From Protoeuglena noctilucae (lineage: Eukaryota): a stretch of 64,000 nt of DNA. Shown here piece after piece: positions 27,688-39,478 of the stretch. The notes beneath the pieces are model-generated. The model worked only from the letters and a program-made list of their open reading frames with translations, had not been told where the DNA came from and made no database searches. Position 1 is the stretch's first letter, and each line of letters starts with the position of its first letter. The stretch is from assembly GCA_958009085.1 (NCBI GenBank), contig OY253681.1, positions 1-64,000 on the forward strand. The letters are read 5' to 3'. Both the position numbers and the translations under genes were made by a program.

Positions 27688-30600
27688 TCATGGTGTCTGC
27701 CCCGCGCGGTCGCTGCCGCTGAGGTCGGCCACGCGTTCTGCGCCCATGGCCTCGTAGATGCGCACGGTCACGTGGGCGTCGAGGGCCGCATAGTGCACCT
27801 GCCGGGCCGACAGGGGGCGGCGGTCCCAGTCGGACACCTGCGGGGACGTGAGGGGTGCCAGCAAGCATCGATGCTGTGCACTGACAAGCTTGCGATCGAT
27901 CGTGAGGGATCGCGAGGCGTGGGTGCTTGCCTGCATGGCTTTGTCCAGTGGCTTCCCCAGCACCGCCTCCGCCACCGCCGACAGCCCCATGGGCACGGCC
28001 CTCCTGCGCCCCGTCTCACGCCGGCACTTCTCTGCCCACACCGCGCCCAGATCAGTCACTGCGTGACAGAGGGTGCAAACATTGTAATGACATGGAATGA
28101 AAGCTAGCTGAGCTGCTCGACTACCATTTGGAGGCAATCATGTCGAGAGCGCACATGCGTCTCAGGAAGATGCCAGCGGCTCACCAGGGGCGACGTGGTG
28201 AAAGGCCGTCTGGTTCGGGAACCCCTGCCTGAGTCTCTGCAGGTCCCCGGCAATGCCGAGTCCGAGCTTGGCCACGCGGGGGGACGACAGCAGAGGCCTG
28301 GCAAGCGCAGGAGAGTGTCAAGATGAAGCATGTGTCAGCCACCGCAGCTCGACGGACCCGATGCACCTCACGAGCGATCGTCTCTGTACCCAATAACCCT
28401 CCCCCACTCACCCGAGGGCGCCTGACAGTGCGGTGTCCTCCCCCAACGCGTGGAGGTCGAAGAGGAGGCATGCATCGCCCGTGGCGACCTGCAGCAGACT
28501 GGCACGGCCACGCTCGGTCCGTTTACCACCCCTCGCTCCCGCGACTGCCGCGTCCAGGGCTCTGTCCACCGCCTCCTCCGTGGCAGCCGCCCTGGCACCC
28601 CTGGGAGCCGCCAGCCCCTCAGGGCGCCACTCCACGTCCAGTCCCACGGCAGCACCGGGCGCAGCGCTGGCCAGGAATGCGGCGATGGTCTCCTCTGCTG
28701 ATCGCAGTGTCTCTTCGCTGTCGACCACCGTCACTCGGCTGGGGTCGAGGTCCAGGTCGAGGAAGCGCTCCTGGCGACGGCGGAGCTCAGAGGCAACTGA
28801 CGCCTCGTCCATCTGTGTGGGAGGGGAGTGGCATGACATGGGGAGATAGAGAGAGGAACGGTGTGGGACGGGCGTGGCGAGTGCCGACGTGGGGTGCATG
28901 CAGCGCACGAAGTGAGAGTGCCCCACCCACTCTCGCCTCTGGCACGAGGTCCTCGATGCCAAAGAGCGTCCGGTGTTCCTGGGCCAGCGACAGCTCCCCC
29001 GCTGCGACCATGTCCATCACCAGGCGACGCTGCAGGGACCTGGGGAGATGCGCGAGCGGGCGTTGGCAGTGGTGGGGCTGTCCATGCCGCAGCCAGCCAG
29101 GTAGCCTTTGCCTCACAGAGACTCTGACAGAGACACCCTGCCTCACCGAAACTCAGGCTCCATGCCGCTCCCCGCCACAGCCGCCGCCAGGGGCCACAGC
29201 CCCACCTCCACCAGCCTCTCCACCACGTGAGCCTTGTAATCCATCTCCAGGCGAGGGTACCTGAAATGCCAAACGCAAAGGGCGATCCGCGTTTGCATGC
29301 ACCCGCAGCGACACAGCTAAGGGCGTCGACCGCACACGCGTGCTGGGGATGGCCGCGCTAGTGTGGATGCCCTGCCTAGAGCACAGGCCCCATAACCTCG
29401 CCTGTCGTGGAGTTGGAACTCCCGCACGTACAGCAGCGCCGCTTTCAGGCGCCCCGCCCCCAGGCACGCATCCACCAGGGCACAGCGCTCCGCGTCGCCC
29501 ATCGATGCGGCCAGCGAGTGACCCGCCCCGTCCTGGCCGGCCTCGACTGCGCCGGTGATCAGGTCTCGCGCCGGCATCTGCGAGAGGGCGCCAGTTGCGC
29601 TGCATGGTCAACCTCATGGCACTGCATAGCCCATCACATGCCCAGCCATCGCCGTCGCAAGCCATTCATAACAGCCACAGCGCCCCTGCACCTGTCGCAG
29701 CACGTCCGGGAAGTGCCCCGCCAGCGCCAGGGCGGGCGTGAAGGCCCCCTCCCCCACCAGCACCCGCACCAGCGCCGTCGCCAGCGCTGCCCCCGCGGCT
29801 TCGTCCGCCAACGACGGCGCCCACCCCTCCAGCACAGTCCCCAGCCCCGCACCTGTTTGAGGCCAGCCAAGCGCACGCCCAACTCCCGCAGCGCTCTCCT
29901 GGGGCGGCGGCGGCATGGCAGGCGTGGCTGCACGGTGGGACGCCCTCCCGCACACCAGCATCCACGCTCTTGCACCCCGCACCTGCAGCAGACCCATGTC
30001 CCGCGCCGCTGCGCCCAGGTCGGCGGCTATCACGCGGAATGACACCGCCGCCCGCGCCGCCACGCGCCCCATCCGCGGCGCAGCGCAGCGCAGCACTGCC
30101 CGGCCACCCAGCATCCCCGCTGCAGGCGAGGGCAGCTGCAATGTCCAGCAGGCGTCGCAGCATGCCCTTTTGTAATCAGTCAAGGGCATCACAGCCATCC
30201 AGGTCGCCTGCCGATTGCATTGCGTCAACCACTCACCCCCGCCCCTGCCTGCCCCACCCCCGGTCCCCGCTGCCAAGTCGAGGAGAAGGAAGGCGGCCTG
30301 AGATGCCCCGGCGTCGGGAAGGGGGCCCGCATCCGCCGCCCCCTCCCCTGCCGCGACCTCACTGAGGAAAGCCGAAACCAGGGTCTGCATGCGAGGGGCA
30401 GGGGTGGCGAAGGTGCCATGCGCGATGCAGGGCGCGTGACAGAGGGAGGGGCGCTGCGGTCGCTGGGGTTGTGCGCGATGCAGGGCGCATGAGAGAGACA
30501 CGGGCGCAGGGGTGGTGAGCCTCGGAGGCACCTGTGGGGCGGTGGGGGAGCCCGCCAGGGCGTCCGTGAGGTGACTGCGCGCCACGCGGTAGTTCGCAGT

Positions 30601-30705
30601 CGCCAGGGCGTCCCGGACGGCAGCGGCGAGCGCGGGCCCGTCCCCGCGGGCCGCGGCAGAGATCACTGCATCCCAGTCCGGCGCAGGGACGCGACCAGGG
30701 CTCAT
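27688..30705 (-). CDS. MUT-7/EXD3-like DEDDy 3'-5' exonuclease (multi-exon)
   Basis: VGLDVEWRP (ExoI), ASLLQVAT, GLSAVAEAVLGKPLDKAMQ|VSDWDRRPLSARQVHYAALDAH (ExoIII). Long helical N-terminal region. Start approximate. Confidence 0.88.
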
Positions 30706-31184
30706 TGGCTCGACACTGCGCAGGGACACCGGGAGTCTGAGTTCCACCACAGCCTCCGATCATCGTGCCGAAGAAAACGCATGCGCATGCTCACCGGAAA
30801 CCAAGCCCGGGGGGAGCGCGCCTCCTCTGGGGCTGCGATAGCGCATCGGGGCGCGCCCAGAGCGCGTGGACTTGCGAGCACGACCGTCGCACGCAAGGCG
30901 CGCGGAGCCCGCGCATGTGCCCGGCAGGATCAGTGATGCGCTAGATCGTGTCGGAGATCCTGAATGCGACATCTGGCGAAAGCGCGCGCACCTCAATTGC
31001 GCGCAACGCCGTCAGTGATCGGGTGCCAGCAGGGCAGTTCACCAGGCTTGCCGAGATCTCCGCCGACAGCTTCTTTTGACTCAGACTGCGCGCTCTGGCC
31101 TCCAAGGAAGACCCTACCGTCTTCAAACCCTTGAATCCTCAGTGGCAAAAAGAATTCCTGCCCAGCAAAGCCACAGGCAATATC

Positions 31185-31982
31185 ATGGAGCTTGACCTGG
31201 GAGGGTTGACGCAGAGCGTGCGAATAAGGAAGACTTGGCGACCCAAGGACGACGTCGAGGTATGTGGGTGAAGAGGGGACGTGATGGCCACGTTGATACG
31301 CCGTGCTTCCAGCCAGCGCGGCTGGTGTTCCGCGTCCGCAGTTGACGCTTGGGATCGATCACGACTTGCAAACACACGTCAGCAGCGGACGGTTCAGCAT
31401 CCTGCACCGACGCTCGTGAGTATGGGACGCGCCGAGCCTGGCAGGAACGGCACCCAACGTGCAGATGCGTTCGTCCGATGCCGATGCGCACCTCGCGCTG
31501 TGCAGGCTCCCGCACGTGGGTCCGGTGGAGCTGGAACTCAGCGACAACCAGGCGCTGATGGGGAAGACGATTCATGTGACGCGGGGGGACGCCTTCCGTG
31601 CCGTTGTCACCGTTAAGGCGGGGGCCAAGTGGTCGGATCCCCGCAACGGCGTCGCGCCTGAGATCACGGCGAGTCATTGCAACATGCAGCGTCCGCATGC
31701 GGAAGGCGCCATGGCCGCAGGGCCCAGCGTTGCATCCGTGCTGCACTCGACCTCTTCCCGCAGTTTGGCATGGATGAGATTGAGCCGTGGCAGACGGTGG
31801 CAGCGGTGGGGGCGGCGATCGTGGCGGTGGGGCGCGGGCTGACGGTGCGGCGGCAGGTGCCGGTGCTGAGGCGGCCAGATGGGGCGGTGAGCGCGGAGGT
31901 GGAGGTCTGCGGGACGGTGCGGCGGCAGGGGAAGCGGCTCAAGGCGTCCCTCCACGAGACGCACTTGCAGCTGCATTTGTGA
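31185..31982 (+). CDS. Hypothetical ~180-aa protein rich in amphipathic beta-strands (4 exons)
   Basis: In-phase exons MELDLGGLTQSVRIRKTWRPKDDVE|LTLGIDHDLQ...|...APEIT|FGMDEIEPW...KASLHETHLQLHL* with GT or GC donors and CAG acceptors. Confidence 0.7.
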
Positions 31983-32116
31983 ATGCATGGCTTGCTTCAA
32001 GAGACCACTTGCAGCTGCATCTGTGAGAGCCTGTAGCATGGCCCGGATTGCACCATCGCAGCTGCATTTGTAAGAGCATAGCCAGTTCCTTGGCTGGATC
32101 GCAGCTGCATCTTTCA
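31956..32116 (+). repeat. Short regularly spaced repeat with GCAGCTGCAT core, 4 copies
   Basis: Core at 31967, 32011, 32058 and 32101 (spacing 44, 47, 43 bp). Confidence 0.75.
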
Positions 32117-32744
32117 AGGGTTACTTGCGCTGCCGCGTGGCATGCAGAGGGCAGGCCGTGCAAAGACGCGGCCATGTCACCCCCAACTGTCTGCGCGCGC
32201 TACCAGCATGGGGCCGCAGTGCAGGGCTGCCACGAATCGCTAGAAGGGACTAGAACAGGTCGAATTAGGCCGCAAAAAGGGATCGGGACGAGGATCCGCG
32301 AGCCGGGGTCCGGCGTCGCGCGTCGTCGCACAGGCAATGCTCGGGTGGCAGCTGCTGCAACGGCCGTTGGGACGGGAACGGGGCAAGGGTCGTCGACATG
32401 GGGACCCTCATGCCCATGCCATGGGCTCATGTCGGGCAGCCTGATGAAGCGAGAACAGGCAAGGGACGGGACAAGCGCCCACGCAAATGGCGGGGAACGA
32501 TGCGCACCGGGCAGGCCGCCGCTATGCGGGGCGGCGGGCGATAACGAGGGATGGCAGCGACGGCGGCAGAGTCAACGGTGCCATCGAGTGTGGCGGGCAG
32601 CGGGCCATGGGCACTGCACAGCCACGTTCGCACCCACAGCAGTGTGTTGGAAAGTGCTACAGGAATGAATGGTGATTGGAGGAAAGAAGGAAGCTAAGGA
32701 TCACGGCGGCGGCCGGGTGGTGCGGGGACGCATTCCCCTGCGCG

Positions 32745-35700
32745 CTACCCCGGGCCGGACACATTGCCGCCGCGCGTCTGGGCGCGGGAGAGGGGGACGG
32801 GGCTGGGGATCCCAGAGGCGTGGGGGTCGAGGGGCGGCTCGGCATGGCCGGCCGACTGCGCCTGCGTTAGTGCGGGGGCCGTGAGGGACAGGGACCCGGG
32901 GTCGCGCCGGGACATGGGCAGGGGGAGGTGGCGATCGCGCCGCAGCGTGGAGACGAGGGCAGAGTCGGTGTCGCGGCGGGTGGCGCCGGTGCCCGGGGGA
33001 GGGCCCCAGTCCCCCGCGCTGGGGCGGCGCGGGCGGCGGTTCCACGCCCCCAGCGGGGCGGTGAGGCTGGCGGCGAGGGCGAGGGCGTCGGGGTCCATGG
33101 CGGGGTCATAGGGGGAGTACTGGGAAGGCAAGGAGCCAAGGTCGGAGGGGGAGAGGAGGGCCTGGCGCATGGCCGCGTCCACCTGGGGAGCAGGGAGCGG
33201 GGGTGGGTCAGAGAGGTGCTTGGGTGAGTGGCACCGCACCAGGGCACATCACATCATGGCCCTGGCCCCTCGCCTGCGCCATGTGGGTGACCATGGGCCC
33301 CTTCCCCTTGACGTTGACGTTGCGTGCGGCGAAGAGGCGCTGCAGTGGGGCGCTGAGGTGCGCAAAGGTCGCGTCGGTCATCTGCACGTGGCCGGCCTTG
33401 CCGAGGCTCTCCATGCGGCTGGCCACGTTGAGGGTGTCGCCTGGGGAGGAAGAACGACGGTGGATTAGTGTTGAGTAAAGTCTGTTTCAAGTTATCGAGT
33501 CATCATGCATCACATCGACAAGGATGGCCGATGCTGCGCCTCACCCACGAGGGTCATGACGTTGCGCGTCTTGCCGAGCACGCCTGCCACCACGGGCCCC
33601 GTGTGCATGCCCACCCTCACGCGCATGCGCTCGGCACCGTTGGTGCCTGGCAGGGACACGCGGCTGGCTGTGTCGACAATGGCGGCTGCGACCCTGGTGG
33701 GGAGAAGACAGAGAGAAAGAGTAAGGGTGGGGGTGGGACAAGGGAAGAGAGAGAGAGGGTGAGGGTGGGAGGAGAGGGGAGGAGAGAGAGGAGAGGAGAG
33801 AGCGTAGAGGTGGTGTGGCTCCATGGTGCATGGCCCAACACTGACGAGGGGCAGTCGCGTGTCGTGCAGCCGCCTCACTTGAGAGCCGTGATGGCGTGCA
33901 TAGGGTCCGGCTTGTCCAGGTTGACCGCCACCACGTACGCATCGCCCACCGTCTCATACTGCGGGGGCAAGCGTAGCATAGGCCATCCGCACAGCTGCTC
34001 CGTGGCTTTGCTCACAGTCGAAACCACAGCATAGTTGAACCATTGGCCATCCAGCCATTCCATCCAAGCATCGATTCCTTGCCTTGTAGGCGCCCACGGA
34101 TTTGACAAAGTCGTCCAGGCTGGTGAAGTAGGTGTGCAGCATGGTAAGGACGTCGCGGGGGTTACTATTGGAGGATATGTCAGTGAAAGAAACCACGTCG
34201 CTGCGGGGAGGGGTCGGGTTGGGGAGCACATGTCAGCATGGGGAATAAAACGCGCTTGCTCCGCGCAACCCCGACGTCGGTCTCGCCACCGTCGTCGCCC
34301 CATCCCCGCGGCCCTCGCCTAAACACCATGGTCACGCACTCGTATTCCTTCAGGAACACGATCTTCTGGGGCGGGATGAGGTCGGTGGTGGAAGAGGACA
34401 CGAAGCTGGCCAGGGGGCTGCCACCCCGGGGGGCGCGGGGGGAGGAGCCGCCGGGGCCCACGCCCGCCGCGGACGCGCGGCGCAGGCGAGCCCCGAGCGC
34501 AGCGCCGGATCCCTCGCCCGGGCCGCAGCCCGCGGGGGCGGAGGGGTCCGGGGGTCCCAGGATGGCCGCGCGTGCGCTGGAGGCGGTGCGGGACTCGAGG
34601 CGCCGCACGCGGTCCTCGCCGTCGCTGACGCCGGCGGGGCGCAGGCGGGGGCTGCCCTTTGCGGAGGGGGCGTCCGCGCGGGAGGCGCTCGTGCGTGGCA
34701 GGGCGGGGCCCCCGGGCCCAGCCCACGCCGCTCCTTGTGTTGGGGCGTCCGCAGCCTGGCCGGGCGCGCCGGGTGTCAGGCCGCGCACCGAGCTCCGCGA
34801 GTCGCTCGACGCCCCGCTCGGGCGCACCCCGCGGACCCGGGCAGGCGCCTCGCCGGCCGAGGGGGCGGGCGCCTGGGGTGCCGACCCCCTCCGCTGCGAC
34901 ACCCATGTGCCGAATCGCAGGAAGGAGCGCGCCGCGTCCAGCAGCGGCCCCGCGGTGCCCCCCCTGGACCGCTGCGGCGGCGTGGGGCCCTCGGGGTGCG
35001 CCGTGTTGGGCTCCGTGACCGCCCCTGCCCCCTCCGCGTCCCCGGGCGGCTCCGGGACCACCTTGGCCCCCCTGGGCCCCTTCCCCGCGCCCTCGTCGCC
35101 CGTCTCGCTCTCGAGGCCCTCGCTGCGCCGCCGCAGCCACCGCCGGCCCCGCCTGCTCGACCCGGCAGGCACAGAGGCCCCCTCGGCCACATCCGCCCCA
35201 GGCGGGACATAACGAGACCGAGACCGGCCGGGCTCCCCCACGCTGCCCCACACGCTCGCGCGGGGGTTGCTGGCGCGGTGCCCGGCCGACACCTCCACCC
35301 CGAAGTTCCCCGCCCACCGCGCGGCGGCCGACTCCTTGAGCAGGGCGTCGGCCACCTCGTCAGGGACGATGTTGCGCAGGACGCGCTCCCGGGCGTGGTT
35401 GCCCTCCCTGCGCGTCGTCTGCATGGCCCAGTACCTGCGGTGCAGGAGGAGTGGTCGCTAGGTCAGGTGCGGGCGTGCGTCATGCACCACGCTGCCACGG
35501 TTGCACCATCCGCCATGCGTAGTAGTCTCTGTCAAGGAATGCGGCGGTCACCCTAGGAGGACGTAGGTGGCGATGATCTCGGGTCCGAGGGAGACGGTGA
35601 GCTCCGTGACGAAGGAGAAGACCACCAGGCACGTGGCAGCCAGGAGGGAGGCCCAGAAGAAGAGGTGCAGGGCGAGGGAGTCGGCAGCCACGGCCGTGAC

Positions 35701-38700
35701 CCTGCGGGGATAATCAGACATAGTCACACAAACTGACGCAGCGGGTGCTGGGGCAGCGGGGGCACAGGGGGGTTGCCGCGGCGCACCATCGCTTGACGCC
35801 GTCGCCGCTCGTCCAATAGCAGAAGACCTGGACGGCGTGCAGGGCGCGGGCCAGCCAACCGCCCGAGCGGGGCGGAGATGGCTGCCGGGCGCGTTCGGGC
35901 TCTGCGGGGATCGACCGATGAGGCGGCGGGCATAGGTGCATGGAGGGAGCAGCATGCCCCAACCAGGCTGGCGACAGGATTAGAAACGATGCTCAGCTTA
36001 CCTTGGTCCCAGAAGAACCCCAGGATGGGCGGTAGGAAAATCATAGTCACCCCGCCAGCCAGCGCGGCCGCGGGCAGGGCGGCGGCAGGCACGTTGTGGG
36101 CGTGGTTGACTGCGACCGGGCCGGCGGTGTTGCAGGTGCTGGCCATCCAGACGTAGATGGTGCCGAGGCCGCAGATCCACTCCAGCTGCGGGGGAGGGGC
36201 AGGCGGTGAGGCGGTGAGGCGGGGAGGGGGTGAGGGGGCCGGGCATGCGTGGGCGGCATGGGGTGCAGTTGGCGCAGAGACCCACCAGGGGCGCGCGCCA
36301 CCAGGGCCCGCGGTTGAGTCCGCGCGTGTGCGACGCCCAGGACAGGCTTATGGCCAGCCCCGCGATGAAGCCCGCCTGCTTGCCCAGCGTGAGGCACATG
36401 CCCGACTGCGGCCACGAGAGGGAAACAGACGCGTGAGGTTTTGCGTGCCAACACATGCCTGCGCTTGCAAGCTGCGCGCCGCATGGCAGCCACGGTCGGT
36501 CACCGGTGGCACGAGGTATGCGAGGAGGACGTTGATGGCGGCGGTGAGGGACACGATGGTGAAGATGATGGGGCGCCGAAAGGCAATGACGCGGCTCCAC
36601 AGCTGCGTGGAGGGCGAGGGGGACGCGTGAGGGAACGAGGCGGCGAGGAATTAAAGCGAGACCCGGCCTGGCCAGGCAGCCGTGGCGAGTGCGTGGGTGC
36701 GTGGGTGGTGCGCAAGAGCGTGGGTGCGTGGGTCACCGGGGAGAGGATGCCGAGGACGCACATGGCGATGAGGGCGGCCGTGGCGAGCAGGGCGGTCCAG
36801 AGGGCTGCCACAGCCGCGCCAGTGGCCAGGGGGAGAGCCCGCCATGAGAACCCGTCGTCGAGCATGCCGGTGATGTTTGTTGCCATGTCAGGGCCCACGG
36901 ACGGGTGCGCCATGAGGGGCAGGCCGGGCACGGAGTCGAGCGATGTGTTGCTGTCCACCGCGAAGTCGCGCAGGCCCCGCGTGACGTTGTACAGGTGCCA
37001 GTCGAGCACGCCCAGCCTGGGGGCGAACAGCAAGGGGGTCGGTCAGGCAGGGCGGGAGGTGGCGCCGAGAGGGGCGTCGCCTGGCCCGCTGGTCACCCGT
37101 AGTGGTCGATGATGCACAGGTCGAGGACGAGGGAGAAGAGGAGGAGGACGAGGAAGCTGAACCGCTTGTCGAAGCGCCACTCGAATCCCTTGGTGACCAT
37201 CACCACCGCGAAGTGGCCCATCATCTTGCGCAGCCACAGGGGCAGCCACCACATGCGGCCCTGCGGCGAAGACTACGCTGCGATCAGCGCAAGCGAGGAA
37301 CGCAACACACGCAACGCAGCGATGCGAGGGGCAAAGGCCTGCCCCCGGCACCCACACCCGTCCCATGCATGGCAGCCCTCACCCCGTGCCCGAGTACCGG
37401 GGCCCTGTCTTCGCGCCCCTCCCCCCAGAAAATGCCGTCGCAGTCGCCCTCTCGCTCCCGCGTCACGCTCCTGGCGTCGGCAAACACCGCCAGCTCGGCC
37501 GTCTTCTCGGTGTCGCTGATGCGCGTGCGGCTGAGGTTCACCCGCGCCTGCTGCACCTCCGCGTCCACCTTGCTGCTCCTCTGCGCCCCCCTCTGCGGGC
37601 GCGACAGGGCAGACATCAGCCGATCCCCAGGCGCATGCACACGAAGCGACGCAGCTGGTGACGGAGGTACCCTTACCGTCTCGATGGTGCTCTGGAAGTC
37701 GCGGCGGGAGGTGCACTGCAGCGACGCCCCGTGGCTCCTGGCCCCGCAGTGGTCGGCGTCGTAGCTGCCGGGCACCACCCACAGCAGGCCGCGACTGGGG
37801 CCGGCCGCGGGGAGCCCCCCGGGCATGCCGGACAGCGCGTGCGGCGGGCCGCCCTCCTTCCTGCCCCCCGGCATGTTCGCATGCGAGCGAGGCCTCTGGG
37901 GCAGGCTGGTCGCGCGCGCGTCGGGGGCGGATGCGCCCTCCTGGATGGGCCCCAGCATCGCGCACGCGCTGTCCCCGCTGCCTGCCAGGGCGTTGACGTC
38001 CCCGGGCGTCGCCTCCCTCCACAGCGCGTGCGCCCCCGACCGCTGGCTGCCGAGTGGCTGCACCCGCACCGACCGCTGGGGACCCAGGGGCGCCGGGGCC
38101 CTCCCCACCACGGCCGCGTCGGCAGTAGAGCGGCGCGCCGGCCATGGCGCCTGCGCCGCCGGCTGCGAGGTCCCCTCAAACGCGGCGCTGTGCCGCCCCT
38201 GCGCCGCCTCGACCAGGCGATGGCGCGAGTGCTCCCCGGACCGGGGCTGGGGCACGGCGCCGACATCCTCGTCGTCGGGGCGGGTGACATGGGCGTTGCG
38301 CGAGGGACCCCTCGTCACCAGGGCCTCTCTGAGGGCCCGGCTGGAGGCAAAGCGAGCCGTCCTGCAGGCACCAGGCCGAGGTGGGATGTTGGCGATGTGC
38401 GGGGTCGCCTGGGACCAGCGCCGCTGCGTGATGCGAGCCGAACCGCGTCACCTGGCATGGCTGACGACGCCCCTCGGTGGCTCCGGAGAGCGTGACGTTC
38501 CCCTGTCCGGGGGGTCCACGGGTCCAGGGCCGCTTGCGAGGCTGTCCTGGCCCTCCTTCGCCAACCCCGAGACGGCTCCTGCTTCCCCATGGGGCAGCGA
38601 CGTCTGGCGCTGCCTCTCCGGGCCGCCGGCGCGGGACCGGGAGCGCTCGGGACGCCTGCGGGGGTCGTGTCGGCAGCAGCGCGTCTTGCGCGTCGCGGGA

Positions 38701-38869
38701 ATCCAAATCTTAGCAATTGGAGGCCGATGGACGGTAGCCTAATTGCCAGCAGAGCAGCTGTAAGGGCACGCGGGGGCGGAGGCGAGCCCGGCGCGGGAAC
38801 CTTGCACGGGGGCGGCAGGTCTCCCCGTCCCGCCGGCAGGAAGGGCATCATGCCCCTGTGAGAGGCCAT
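32745..38869 (-). CDS. Multi-pass membrane class III adenylate/guanylate cyclase (multi-exon)
   Basis: VTMVFS|DVVSFTDIS, AYK|YETVGDAYVV, RVRVGMHTGPVVAGVLG and GDTLNVASRMESLG; signalling helix RERVLRNIVPDEVADAL; several upstream hydrophobic helices. Start inferred. Confidence 0.9.
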
Positions 38870-39478
38870 GCGGCGAGACACATATACGAATAGAGCAGAG
38901 AGCATCTAAATTTGCCAAATCGGGGGCTCAGCTGGTCCCGAGTCGGCGACAAAGAGCAGGACCTCCCAGACGTCCGCCTGCCGCGCAGGGACGTGCATTT
39001 CCGAAGAAACGTAGACCAGTCGCTAAATTATTTCATGTAAGGTGCTCTTATGAGCTTCCGGCAGAGCGGGAGGCGTCCTGAAAATAACCTCACCCGCTGG
39101 CCTCGACGACGTGGACCATGGCCTCCGCGGCCGCCCTACTGACCCATTGTTATGCACAACATGGATGCACCACTTTGTCCCGGCGCAAGGCTCGGCGGAG
39201 CCTTGCAGAAGCGACAAAAAAGCGGGGCACACGAGATATTGGAGTCCACACACTTTGAGGGTATGGATTTGCGAATCATGCCCGCCTCGCGTCGCGTTCC
39301 TGCGCCGGGTGGCACCTTAGTCAGGTCAGACTGGGTGCGAACCGGTCAGCTTAAATTTCTGCAGACTTTCTTTGCTAAAGGGCTCGGATGTCATCTGGAT
39401 GAACGATTGGACGCACCGGGCAGCATTGCTTTTGTACCCCGACGCGTCACTGGTGCATCTGCTTCCCTGCGGGCCCGC

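Noticed and set aside
31956..32135. CRISPR array
   Set aside because: Only four short degenerate repeats, overlap with a eukaryotic gene end, and no cas genes.
33690..33815. GA-rich tract (and GTGTGG-type tracts at ~60590-60675)
   Set aside because: Ordinary intronic simple repeats.
35420..37270. Rhodopsin-cyclase fusion (enzymerhodopsin)
   Set aside because: No helix-7 retinal lysine motif or helix-3 RYxxW motif seen.
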